The position numbers were made by a program, and so were the translations under genes. The notes below the pieces were generated by a model. The model searched no databases, was not told where the DNA came from, and saw only the letters and a list, made by a program, of their open reading frames with translations. DNA of 58,429 nt from Bacteroidota bacterium. Lineage in GTDB: Bacteria; Bacteroidota; Bacteroidia; AKYH767-A; OLB10. This document shows positions 19,253-29,154 of this stretch, piece after piece (position 1 is the stretch's first letter; each line of letters starts with the position of its first letter). The stretch lies in assembly GCA_947453935.1 (NCBI GenBank), contig CANGJU010000003.1, forward strand, positions 1 to 58,429. The letters are read 5' to 3'.

Positions 19253-22200
19253 TTATTCTTCTGATTCAGGTTCTGTAAAACGGGTTTTGAATTCGTTTTT
19301 CTTACGATCGGTACTTAGGATATATTCATACGACGGTAAATCACCTTTCTTATCTGCTATGCGTTTATCAGGTTTCATATTGTTAATCGCATCGTTGAAC
19401 TTTATATCTGATGAACATGATTGTAAGATTCCACGGTTATACGTAAAGTACCACCAGTTTCCCTGATCAGCTTCTAAATATAAATTCAATACATCGCCGT
19501 TTTTCTTTTTCTGAATTTCGAAATAACCAGTTAACTGACGACTAATGGTATTCTTATCAATAAAGCCAATACCGATTGGTCCAACTGATTTAAAGCTCTG
19601 AGAATTTTTATTCCAGTACATTTTTAAGTCGGTGAGATACAACGTTTGTTGTAACTCTTGCGGAACTTTTTTCGGAGCGCCATATAACGTGAATTCCGAA
19701 ATCATCTTATCGGCTTTTTCTGTTCCTACAATTGCACGCATACTTCTTGTCCAGATTGAACGTGTATCGTTCGTAGGCTTTAAGGTGCTATTGCCTGTAA
19801 TACTTTCCGACATTAATTTCAACGCATCGTTATTAAACATAAAGTCGAGGCCAAGCAGTGCATCCAACGAAGTTGAATCATTTAACGGATTATAAATGAC
19901 ACGTCCGTTAAAGGTTGTTCGAAGTTGTCCGAAATTAAATCCAGGTTTTAATTCACCTTCAGCAATCACATAACAGGAATCGTTATTTAATGAAATACTG
20001 TTCCCTGGTAAATCAGGATTCGCAATTTTCTCTTTGCTTGCAATAAAATAACTATTCGATTTATCATTGTAACTTAAATATCCTTTTACGGCTACCATGG
20101 CTGAGTCGCTGTTTTTTTCCTTCGGAGAAATAAATCCAGCGTAATAGCCCGAACTATCGTTACTCAAGAAGATACCAACGCCTAAACGTTCGCCATTTTC
20201 ATTACGTGGTTCATCAACCGGAATCGTTAAGTTCTTGATATCAATGTCTGATTTAAATCCGAACCAGTTGATTGATAAACCTGCCGTACATAAATGTTTT
20301 ACACTCGCAAAGCCATCAAAGTTTAATAACGGGTTAGACGCATTAATCTGCACTCTTCCTTTATATTGGATGTTCGTACTCAACTGGAAGTTTTCCGTTT
20401 CAGGAATATTTCCATTCGCATAGGTTTGCTTTGATGTATCAACGCCAATTCGATCTAATGAAATTAAATGTGGCGTACTTGCGTGGTCGTTATAAGCATA
20501 CTGACCAGTACCTTCGTATTCTTTTCTTCCTTTGATCTGAAGTTGAGCTCCTGTAATCGTGTGGTATTTGCTCACAACATTCGCAATTACTTTGGCATTG
20601 AACAATGGACGCATATAGGCATCTTTCTCGATGACGATGGTTGCAGTATCATTTGGTTGTATACTTGCATCAGCCACTAAAATTTCTTTTACCTTTCTTG
20701 CCTTGATTAAATAATCATTTAGATTGTATCGAGCAAGACCCGCATTCCATCGAAGCGAATCCTGAAAGGCATTCGTCGAAACGAAGTCAGATCCTTCGAT
20801 GTTAAGTTTTGTTTTGTCAACATTTTCATCGCCAAACTCAACTTCGTTTTTATCAATGAACCATTTAAATTGAGCAATGTAACAGATGTATTGATTCAAT
20901 GGGAAGCTCACATAAGATCCTTTACCGTTTGATACGAAATTTCCAAAACGATTCACTAAATCTATTTTTGCATTCACATTTTTTGTTTGAATTGCCAATA
21001 CTGTTTCAATATCAGATTTTAATTTGAAGTCAGCTGTATCAGATCCATACGCATCTTGCTTAAACCAGAACTTTCTTGCTTCTAAATTCGACGCATCAAA
21101 CTTCGCATCTCCATTTCCACCTAATCCTTTTGAGGCAAGTAATAAATTACCCGTTAAAGAGACCTGCTTGTTATAAACGGCAATTGGGTCAGTAGTCATG
21201 TAAACATACATCTCATCGTTTTTAGGTCGCCAGTTAATAGCTGTTTGTTTACCTTGTGCATCTGGGAATCCTACACCTGCAATCATTTCTTTTCTTAAAT
21301 CGAATGCGGTATTTTGCATATTCGTTGAATCAATAAAGAAAACAATCTCTTTGGAAGTACTTGATGAACTCAAATAATCTACTTTACCATCACCTAATAA
21401 TCCCGCATAACTTAAATCGATATGATTAGTAAAGGTTCCTTTTCCTCCATACATAACATATCCTTCGCTCGGTGAGTTACGTTCGAATCCGAAAGAATAA
21501 TCAGGTCGTATAACAGCCATTTCTTTGATGTCAGGAAATATTCCTCCTGATACAAATGTCCCTGCGAACTTCATCCCGCCAGAGGAGAAATTATCGAGTG
21601 AGTCAATTGTAAATGGTTCAATTTTAAAATAGAATTTATCTCGATCATAAACACCTCCGAAAATAGATGGATGATCGTAATACACGTATGATTCTTTATC
21701 ACTCACAAACTTCGGATACTGCGAATAACTTTTTCTACTCGATTTATTATTCAAGCTATCAATGTACAATACACCTGATACATTTTGTAATGTACTCTTT
21801 AAAGGAATTAATTTCGGATTTCCTTTTTCATCTAACTCGTTATCAGAAACTACTTTCAAACGAATGGAATCGATAGTCGCTAAATTGAATTTAAACTGAT
21901 CATAAATAAATTCGAATTTCTTTCCAAAGAAATCAGAACGACCAGCATGTACTTTACCAGAGAATTCAAAGTCGCGATTTTTCTTTAATTTGATCTGTTG
22001 ATTTTCGGGAGTAACCCAAACAGCTTGTGTGTCGCTCAAAAATACGCGCGATACACCTTCCATATCTAAATCGAAATTCAACAAGTTGAGTTTTGCATTT
22101 GGCTTAGCAGAAATAACAGAACTGATTTCAATTTTATCGTAATCGATTTTTTCGGTTTTTGCTTCTAAGTAATAAACTACTTTATCTTTTGCAACAGCAC

Positions 22201-23689
22201 TCGATGTTTCTGCATCGTACGTCAAGAATCCTTTGTTAGCTAAAAAGATCATCAACGATTTAGCTTCTGACTCTGCAACACCAAGCATCTGTGCAAGGGT
22301 AGCTGAATAAATTACATCGCCATAACTTCTGTTGTATTTATAGATTAGCTGTAAGGGGTTATAATCACTCAATCCTTGCAACTGACGGAAACGATCGTCT
22401 GAAAATAAATTTTCAGACTCTAACCACATCTTACTTTCGCCAGCGCCTGAAATCATTTTTAATTCCATCAATGGGTCATCAATCTTCCAATAGATACCAT
22501 CAACATACATATCCACTTTGTGAAACGAATTAAAAAACGGCATACTCATTCCCGTTGAATTATCAATAATCAAACTTACCTGACGATCTTTATTTACATA
22601 TTTAAAATCGAGTGAAGGATGATAAATACTATCTGTATCAAAATAAATAATGGCTGTTGCATTTTGTGCACTTAATCGCTCAGGACGAACAACGAAGCTT
22701 TTACATTGAACACTTAATTGTATTTTACCATTGCGCTTAAAATTTAATGTTGCTTTTTGATCTTTTGTTCCTGCTCCAATCATCTTTGCTCCTTGTTGTG
22801 AAAAGCCTCCAACATAATCAGCATCTTTAATTAGTTCTTTGATGGTTAGATTTGCATCATAACTCTGAAAGCGAGGGTAGGTAGCGTTGCTTGAATCAGC
22901 GTTAGCTAAAATTTTATCAGTTACTTTTCCTGTTAAAGCAGTTTTGAAAAACTTCTTGTTGTAGAAGTCAGCAGAATCAGAAGAATATATACTACTTGTA
23001 ACATCAATCGTTGTGTTTTTTAAATTTGCAAACGCTTCTTCCTCTGGAATACCAGCACGCATCCAATTAATTTTCCCACCAGTTCCAAAAAACTTTTTGA
23101 TAAGCGGATAATAAACTCCTTGAATATTGTATATAACACTGCTATCTGATTTTGCATAGCAAGTTAAATTCATCGAAGGGAAATTAACTCTTGGGACAGA
23201 GTCGAAATCAAAAATAAAATTACTTGTGCCTGCTGACCATCTTGTAGATGATGATTGATATAAAATATTTCCGCTAAATAATCCTGAACAGATTTCAATA
23301 TAATCGCTGTAATATTTTGTTTTGCCAAATAGCATTTTATCAAGACTACTATGCCACTTTGTAAACATCTCTGCCGACTTTCCTGATTCGGAAAAACCGA
23401 TTAATGCCTCTATGTAATTACTGAAATCAGGAAATGGTTTCAAGCGTTTCTTTAACATGTCGTTGCACGTCTTAACAACAACAGCTTGTTGATCAGAAGT
23501 GAATTTAGGTTGCTCGAGCCAGACTAATTCAAAACGGTCTGCTAACTTCTCCGTTTCTTTTTTATTCGTTAATTCTAAATAGGCTTTTATTTCTTTGAAA
23601 AAAGTAGGCGCATCAGAAGAGAAGGGTTTCTGTTGAGCATATCCCGTAAAAGGAATTATAAATAAGATCGATAAAAGTAATTTTTTCAT
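19253..23689 (-). CDS. Large secreted beta-rich hypothetical protein (1478 aa)
   Basis: Uninterrupted ORF with a signal peptide; helical N-terminus, then a long aromatic/Gly beta-strand-like body; no family recognised. Confidence 0.8.
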   Translation of the reverse strand: MKKLLLSILFIIPFTGYAQQKPFSSDAPTFFKEIKAYLELTNKKETEKLADRFELVWLEQPKFTSDQQAVVVKTCNDMLKKRLKPFPDFSNYIEALIGFSESGKSAEMFTKWHSSLDKMLFGKTKYYSDYIEICSGLFSGNILYQSSSTRWSAGTSNFIFDFDSVPRVNFPSMNLTCYAKSDSSVIYNIQGVYYPLIKKFFGTGGKINWMRAGIPEEEAFANLKNTTIDVTSSIYSSDSADFYNKKFFKTALTGKVTDKILANADSSNATYPRFQSYDANLTIKELIKDADYVGGFSQQGAKMIGAGTKDQKATLNFKRNGKIQLSVQCKSFVVRPERLSAQNATAIIYFDTDSIYHPSLDFKYVNKDRQVSLIIDNSTGMSMPFFNSFHKVDMYVDGIYWKIDDPLMELKMISGAGESKMWLESENLFSDDRFRQLQGLSDYNPLQLIYKYNRSYGDVIYSATLAQMLGVAESEAKSLMIFLANKGFLTYDAETSSAVAKDKVVYYLEAKTEKIDYDKIEISSVISAKPNAKLNLLNFDLDMEGVSRVFLSDTQAVWVTPENQQIKLKKNRDFEFSGKVHAGRSDFFGKKFEFIYDQFKFNLATIDSIRLKVVSDNELDEKGNPKLIPLKSTLQNVSGVLYIDSLNNKSSRKSYSQYPKFVSDKESYVYYDHPSIFGGVYDRDKFYFKIEPFTIDSLDNFSSGGMKFAGTFVSGGIFPDIKEMAVIRPDYSFGFERNSPSEGYVMYGGKGTFTNHIDLSYAGLLGDGKVDYLSSSSTSKEIVFFIDSTNMQNTAFDLRKEMIAGVGFPDAQGKQTAINWRPKNDEMYVYMTTDPIAVYNKQVSLTGNLLLASKGLGGNGDAKFDASNLEARKFWFKQDAYGSDTADFKLKSDIETVLAIQTKNVNAKIDLVNRFGNFVSNGKGSYVSFPLNQYICYIAQFKWFIDKNEVEFGDENVDKTKLNIEGSDFVSTNAFQDSLRWNAGLARYNLNDYLIKARKVKEILVADASIQPNDTATIVIEKDAYMRPLFNAKVIANVVSKYHTITGAQLQIKGRKEYEGTGQYAYNDHASTPHLISLDRIGVDTSKQTYANGNIPETENFQLSTNIQYKGRVQINASNPLLNFDGFASVKHLCTAGLSINWFGFKSDIDIKNLTIPVDEPRNENGERLGVGIFLSNDSSGYYAGFISPKEKNSDSAMVAVKGYLSYNDKSNSYFIASKEKIANPDLPGNSISLNNDSCYVIAEGELKPGFNFGQLRTTFNGRVIYNPLNDSTSLDALLGLDFMFNNDALKLMSESITGNSTLKPTNDTRSIWTRSMRAIVGTEKADKMISEFTLYGAPKKVPQELQQTLYLTDLKMYWNKNSQSFKSVGPIGIGFIDKNTISRQLTGYFEIQKKKNGDVLNLYLEADQGNWWYFTYNRGILQSCSSDIKFNDAINNMKPDKRIADKKGDLPSYEYILSTDRKKNEFKTRFTEPESEE

Positions 23690-23695
23690 TCGTGA

Positions 23696-24532
23696 TTAGT
23701 GTTTTTTAAAGGTCGCACAGCACCATTCGTTTTGTGAAGTGTGTTGCAAATAGTCGAGTTTATATTCAGCTGCTTTATTTTTAATAACGGATAAATCGGA
23801 AGTATAATATCCGCTGGTGATTAATAATCCACCAGTATTTAAAGAGGCAGCATATTTATCTAAATCATTCAGGATAATGTTTCGATTGATATTCGCTAGA
23901 ATTATATCGTAAGATTTACCTTCGAGCAATTCACTGCTGCCTAGTGCGACTTCAATTTGCGGATAGCCGTTACGCTGCGCATTCTCTATGGAATTATCTA
24001 CGGAGTTTGGATCATAGTCGATGGCATATGCCGAACTGGCACCGAGTTGCATACCAAGAATGGCAAGAATTCCTGTGCCACATCCCATATCTAATAGCGA
24101 TTTATTTTTGAAGTCGATATCGAGCATCGCTTCCATCACTTGTGATGTGGTTGGATGATGACCTGTACCAAATGCCATTCGTGGCTGAACTATTATTTCA
24201 TGCGGATAAGATGGATTCGCCTCATGAAATTCAGCGCGAACATATATTTTGTTGCCAATAATTTCAGGCTGATAGTTCTTTTCCCATTCGGCGTTCCAGT
24301 TTTGCCAAGGAATATCCTGTATGGTATAACTTACTTCGCAATTCATTTCTTTAATGCCTTCTATAATTTCTAGAACAGCATCTTCATTAAAATTAGCAGT
24401 TTGTATGTATGCTTTGAATCCTTGAGGAGTATCTTCAAACATTTCAAATCCGACTTCTCCTAACTGGTAAGTCAGCATTTCGCCAAATAATTCCAGCGGA
24501 TTTAGTTGTAGGTTTAGTTCTGTATAGTTCAC
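23696..24532 (-). CDS. prmA: Ribosomal protein L11 methyltransferase
   Basis: QNWNAEWE, PRMAFGTGHHPTT, LDMGCGTGIL, LANINRN. Confidence 0.96.
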   Translation of the reverse strand: MNYTELNLQLNPLELFGEMLTYQLGEVGFEMFEDTPQGFKAYIQTANFNEDAVLEIIEGIKEMNCEVSYTIQDIPWQNWNAEWEKNYQPEIIGNKIYVRAEFHEANPSYPHEIIVQPRMAFGTGHHPTTSQVMEAMLDIDFKNKSLLDMGCGTGILAILGMQLGASSAYAIDYDPNSVDNSIENAQRNGYPQIEVALGSSELLEGKSYDIILANINRNIILNDLDKYAASLNTGGLLITSGYYTSDLSVIKNKAAEYKLDYLQHTSQNEWCCATFKKH

Positions 24533-24707
24533 GACTTAAAATTATTGTTTTGAAAGGGCAATTATTGCTTGAACCTAATCATGTTTTCAACACTTTTATT
24601 AAGTGTAATTTTTAACAATTATCAGCATCTGACCGTGAATTAAATCATGGACGACTGCATTTTTATTGCGCTACATCTTGATTATCTTCGTAGCCTATTG
24701 TTGTATT

Positions 24708-25940
24708 ATGAACAGAACACTTATTACCAATATTAAAGGACTCGTACAGGCGAATAGAAGTCATGTGATTATGGGTTCCGATATGAAGGAGTTGCCAATT
24801 ATTGATGATGCCTGGTTGCTGATTCAAGGAGAGGAGATTGCTGCTGTTGGACATATGAATCATATGCCTCATTCGGATGTTACCGATGTAATCGATGCAA
24901 CGAATCGTTTTGTGTTGCCTGCTTATTGTGATTCGCATACGCACATAGTTTTTGCTGGCTCGCGCGAAGGTGAGTTTGTGGATCGTGTTCATGGATTAAC
25001 GTACGAGGAGATTGCAAAACGTGGTGGTGGTATTCTAAATTCTGCTAAGCGATTACAAACTACTTCTGAAGATGAATTGTTTGAAGGTGCTCTATCGCGC
25101 ATTCACGAGATGACGATGACAGGTACGGGCGCAATTGAAATTAAAAGTGGATACGGATTATCGTATGATGCAGAGATAAAAATGCTTCGTGTTATTCGCC
25201 GTTTGAAAGAAGCCTCCGACTTAACTATCAAAGCAACTTTTTTAGGCGCACATGCTTTCCCAGCAGAGTTCAAAGAAAATCGTGCTGCTTATGTTGATTT
25301 ATTGGTTGATCGCTTGATTCCGTTAATTGCTGATGAAGGTCTTGCAGATTATAACGATGTGTTTTGTGACCGCGGATTTTTTACGGTAAATGAAACAGAT
25401 CGTATTTTAGAAGCCGGAAATAAACATGGACTCAAACCAAAAATACATGCGAATGAATTAGATTATTCAGGTGGCGTGCAAGTAGGTGTGAAGCATCATG
25501 CATTATCAGTTGATCATTTAGAGTGTGTAGGTGATGATGAAATCAAAACATTGTTGGGAAGTAAAACGATGCCTACCTTATTGCCAGGCACTGCTTTCTT
25601 CTTAAAGATTCATTATCCTCCAGCTCGTAAAATGATTGATGCAGGATTGCCAGTTGCATTAGCCAGCGATTATAATCCTGGTTCTTCTCCTTCGGGAAAT
25701 ATGAATTTCGTACTAACGTTAGCTTGTTTGTATTTGGGAATGTCGCCGGAAGAAGCCATCAATGCAGCAACATTGAATAGTGCTTATGCAATGGGTGTAA
25801 TGGATGAGTTAGGTTCAATTGCACCTCATAAAAAAGCAAATTTATTTATCACGAAAGAAATTCCTTCTGTTGGATATATCCCATATGCGTATGGAAGAAA
25901 TGTAGTGGACAAAGTGATGATCAATGGGAAATTGAAATAA
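24708..25940 (+). CDS. hutI: Imidazolonepropionase (ATG at 24708 preferred)
   Basis: DSHTH, GGGILNS, EIKSGYGL, DVFCDRGFF, DHLE, ASDYNPGS. Confidence 0.96.
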   Translation: MNRTLITNIKGLVQANRSHVIMGSDMKELPIIDDAWLLIQGEEIAAVGHMNHMPHSDVTDVIDATNRFVLPAYCDSHTHIVFAGSREGEFVDRVHGLTYEEIAKRGGGILNSAKRLQTTSEDELFEGALSRIHEMTMTGTGAIEIKSGYGLSYDAEIKMLRVIRRLKEASDLTIKATFLGAHAFPAEFKENRAAYVDLLVDRLIPLIADEGLADYNDVFCDRGFFTVNETDRILEAGNKHGLKPKIHANELDYSGGVQVGVKHHALSVDHLECVGDDEIKTLLGSKTMPTLLPGTAFFLKIHYPPARKMIDAGLPVALASDYNPGSSPSGNMNFVLTLACLYLGMSPEEAINAATLNSAYAMGVMDELGSIAPHKKANLFITKEIPSVGYIPYAYGRNVVDKVMINGKLK

Positions 25941-25967
25941 TAAAATAAAAAATCGTTTATAAAAGAT

Positions 25968-27644
25968 ATGAAACAATTAATCGAATGTGTTCCTAATTTT
26001 AGTGAAGGAAATAATTTACAAATCATTAATCAGATAACTGATGCGATTAGCAGTGTAGAAGGAGTGAAGTTGTTGAATGTTGATCCAGGTAAAGCGACTA
26101 ACCGTACTGTAGTAACGTTAGTTGGTGAACCAGCAGCTGTTGTTGAAGCTGCATTTTGTGGCATTCAGAAAGCAGCAGAGTTAATCGATATGTCAAAGCA
26201 TCATGGTGAGCATCCTCGAATGGGAGCTACTGATGTTTGTCCGTTTATTCCTGTTGCAAATATTACGATGGAAGAAACTGCAGCTTGGAGTCAGAAGCTA
26301 GCAAAGCGAGTTGGAGATGAGTTGAACATTCCCGTTTATTTGTATGAAGATGCACAATCGGATAAATCAAGAAGTAATCTTTCGGTAATCCGTGCAGGTG
26401 AGTACGAAGGATTTTTCAAAAAGATAAAAGAGCCTCAATGGAAACCTGATTTTGGTCCTGCAGAATTTTCTGCAAATTCGGGTGGGACAGTTATCGGTGC
26501 TCGCGACTTTTTAATTGCTTATAATGTGAATCTGAATTCTAAGTCGGTGAAGCGTGCTAACTCGATCGCGTTTGATATTCGCGAAGCAGGACGTATAAAG
26601 ACAGATGAGAAAGGTAAGAAAGTGTTGGATGAGCAAGGAAATGAAATCAGAATTCCGGGATCGTTAAAAGGAGTGAAAGCAATTGGATGGTACATTGAAG
26701 AATATGGTCAAGCGCAGGTATCTATTAATATTACACAATTCAGAGAAACACCATTGCATATTGTTTTTGAAGAATGTTATAAGAGTGCCTTTAATCGTGG
26801 AGCACGAGTAACGGGAAGCGAATTAGTTGGCTTAGTTCCGTTGAGTGCTATGCTGGATGCTGGTAAATACTTTTTGAAGAAACAACGGTTATCCGCAGGT
26901 GTTAGTGATGAAGAGTTAATTCATATTGCTGTGAAATCGATGGGCTTAGATGAATTAGGTCCATTTGATCCGAAGCAACGTATTATCGAATATGTCTTGA
27001 ACGAAGGAAATCAAGCGCCATTAGTGAATATGAAGCTCAACGCATTTGCAGATGAAACTGCAAGTGAGTCGCCAGCACCTGGAGGTGGATCGATCTCTGC
27101 CTACGCAGGTGTATTAGGTGTGTCCTTAGCTACGATGGTAGCGAATTTAAGTGCTTCGAAAAAAGGATGGGAAGACCGTTGGGAAGAATTTAGTAACTGG
27201 GCAGAAAAAGGTCAAGCTTATAAAAAGCAATTACTGGATTTAGTGGATGAAGATACTCGTTCGTTTAATGCAATTATGAATGGATTTTCATTGCCAAAAG
27301 GAACGGATGAAGAAAAAGCATTTCGCAAGCAGGCTATTCAGGATGCAACGAAATATGCGATTGAAGTCCCATTGAAAGTAATGGAAGTTTCACTTGCTTC
27401 AATGGAAGTAATGAAGGCTATGGTAGAAATTGGAAATCCGAATTCGATTACTGATGCAGGTGTAGGAGCTTTATGTGCTCGTACTGCTGTATTAGGTGCG
27501 CATATGAATGTTAAGATTAATACAGGTAGTTACGATGATAAAACATTCGTTGCCGACATCTTAAAGAAATCAGCAGCCATCGAAGAAAAAGCGGTTAAAT
27601 TGGAAGGGGAGATAGTGGCGTTGGTGAATAAAGCGATTGGTTAA
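25968..27644 (+). CDS. ftcD: Bifunctional glutamate formimidoyltransferase / formimidoyl-THF cyclodeaminase
   Basis: ECVPNFSEG, HPRMGATDVCPF, C-terminal PAPGGGS cyclodeaminase domain. Confidence 0.93.
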   Translation: MKQLIECVPNFSEGNNLQIINQITDAISSVEGVKLLNVDPGKATNRTVVTLVGEPAAVVEAAFCGIQKAAELIDMSKHHGEHPRMGATDVCPFIPVANITMEETAAWSQKLAKRVGDELNIPVYLYEDAQSDKSRSNLSVIRAGEYEGFFKKIKEPQWKPDFGPAEFSANSGGTVIGARDFLIAYNVNLNSKSVKRANSIAFDIREAGRIKTDEKGKKVLDEQGNEIRIPGSLKGVKAIGWYIEEYGQAQVSINITQFRETPLHIVFEECYKSAFNRGARVTGSELVGLVPLSAMLDAGKYFLKKQRLSAGVSDEELIHIAVKSMGLDELGPFDPKQRIIEYVLNEGNQAPLVNMKLNAFADETASESPAPGGGSISAYAGVLGVSLATMVANLSASKKGWEDRWEEFSNWAEKGQAYKKQLLDLVDEDTRSFNAIMNGFSLPKGTDEEKAFRKQAIQDATKYAIEVPLKVMEVSLASMEVMKAMVEIGNPNSITDAGVGALCARTAVLGAHMNVKINTGSYDDKTFVADILKKSAAIEEKAVKLEGEIVALVNKAIG

Positions 27645-27658
27645 TTTGAAAAAGAATT

Positions 27659-27742
27659 GATAAAGCGTGTTGCAACTTGTTGCAACTCTGCTTTATCGTT
27701 TGCTAATTTGCTATTGTGGTAATGTGGTAATGTGGTAATGTG
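27659..27742. repeat. Hairpin plus 8-bp tandem repeat
   Basis: gataaagc...gctttatc enclosing two gttgcaac palindromes (27659-27697); (tgtggtaa)x3 plus tgtg at 27715-27742. Confidence 0.75.
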
Positions 27743-27770
27743 AAAATTAATTAAATATGTAATTTAATTC

Positions 27771-27974
27771 ATGGATAAACCAAAATTAGATCGTACGGCT
27801 TTTAAGATTAATTCTTTTGAGTCGGCTGATAATAACAAAGAATATTGGTTGAGTAAAACGCCTGATGAGCGATTTGCTGCTGCATGGTATTTAATCTGTT
27901 GTGCATATAATATCGATTACAACAATCCTCCTAAATTAGATCGAACTTGTTTTTCAATGCGCAGACATGAGTAA
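27771..27974 (+). CDS. Small hypothetical protein coupled to a nucleotidyltransferase
   Basis: 67 aa; YWLSKTPDERF; overlaps the next gene by 8 nt. Confidence 0.7.
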   Translation: MDKPKLDRTAFKINSFESADNNKEYWLSKTPDERFAAAWYLICCAYNIDYNNPPKLDRTCFSMRRHE

Positions 27975-28419
27975 TATTTTAAATGATGATTTTGTTGATT
28001 TTATAAATGCTTTGCAAGACTGTAAAGTTGAATATATTCTTGTTGGTGGGTATGCTGTAATTTATCATGGATATAATAGAACAACAGGTGATTTAGATGT
28101 TTGGGTAAATCCGACAAAGGAAAATTATCAGAAGTTGATATTGGCTTTTAATAAATTCGGATTAAGTCTTTTTGATATGACAGAAGAATTGTTTCTTGTC
28201 AATAAGGAGCTTAACGTTTTTACATTTGGAAGACCTCCAGTTTGCATTGATTTATTGACACGGTTAAAAGGACTAAACTTTGAAGAAGTATATTCAAATA
28301 GTTATCAAACAGAATTTAGCGGAGTGCAAGTCAGAATGATTGACTTACCTAATTTAATAACAGCTAAAAAAGCATCCAATCGACCAAAGGACATCGACGA
28401 TATCAATCATATTTCTTGA
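27967..28419 (+). CDS. Pol-beta-like nucleotidyltransferase (DUF6036-like)
   Basis: VGGYAVIYHG..RTTGDLD, KKASNRPKD. Confidence 0.8.
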   Translation: MSNILNDDFVDFINALQDCKVEYILVGGYAVIYHGYNRTTGDLDVWVNPTKENYQKLILAFNKFGLSLFDMTEELFLVNKELNVFTFGRPPVCIDLLTRLKGLNFEEVYSNSYQTEFSGVQVRMIDLPNLITAKKASNRPKDIDDINHIS

Positions 28420-28436
28420 TTGTTTTCAGAAAAAAA

Positions 28437-29144
28437 TCACAAAATCAAAAACACCACCGGAATCTTATGCAACTCAGGAATTTGTTTTTTCCATTCCTGA
28501 ACACGTAAGGTGCGGATACTTTCCTCGTCTGTATCGATGTTAGATGCAATACATAATCGGGTTTCGTTATTGCATGCCGATAGTAGGTCTTTTAACATCG
28601 GATTGTTACGATACGGCGCCTCAATAAAAATTTGTGTTTCGTTACGCTGTTGCGCAGCTTTTTCTAATTGTTGAAGTGTTTTAATGCGTTCACTTCTATC
28701 GATTGGTAAATAACCATGAAAACAAAAACGTTGTCCATCTAATCCCGAAGCCATTAACGCTAATAAAATGGAAGATGGTCCTATTAATGGTTTGACTTTG
28801 ATATTCGCTTTGTGCGCAGCTGCTACAACGCGTGCTCCTGGATCAGCAACAGCAGGACAACCAGCTTCGCTTAATAAGCCTGTTGGGACTTTATTCTTTA
28901 ACGGATCTAAAAAGGAATTGATGTTTTGCTTGGGATCGTGTTTGTCTAATTCGAAAATGGTTAACTCTGCTTGCGGAGTTTCAATCGCGCATTGTTTTAA
29001 AAAAGCTCTTGCCGATTTTTCATTCTCCACAATAAATACTTTCAACTTACGAATGATATCCAGCGTGCTCGCAGATAAATACATTTCTGGAGGAGTATCG
29101 GTGCTGAGTCCGCAGGGAATTAAATACAATTGAGGATTTAACAT
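28437..29144 (-). CDS. Tetrapyrrole-methylase family SAM-dependent methyltransferase (RsmI-like)
   Basis: LSEAGCPAVADPG, PLIGPSS, FCFHGYLP, QIFIEAPYRN. Confidence 0.85.
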   Translation of the reverse strand: MLNPQLYLIPCGLSTDTPPEMYLSASTLDIIRKLKVFIVENEKSARAFLKQCAIETPQAELTIFELDKHDPKQNINSFLDPLKNKVPTGLLSEAGCPAVADPGARVVAAAHKANIKVKPLIGPSSILLALMASGLDGQRFCFHGYLPIDRSERIKTLQQLEKAAQQRNETQIFIEAPYRNNPMLKDLLSACNNETRLCIASNIDTDEESIRTLRVQEWKKQIPELHKIPVVFLIL

Positions 29145-29154
29145 AGCTGATTCA

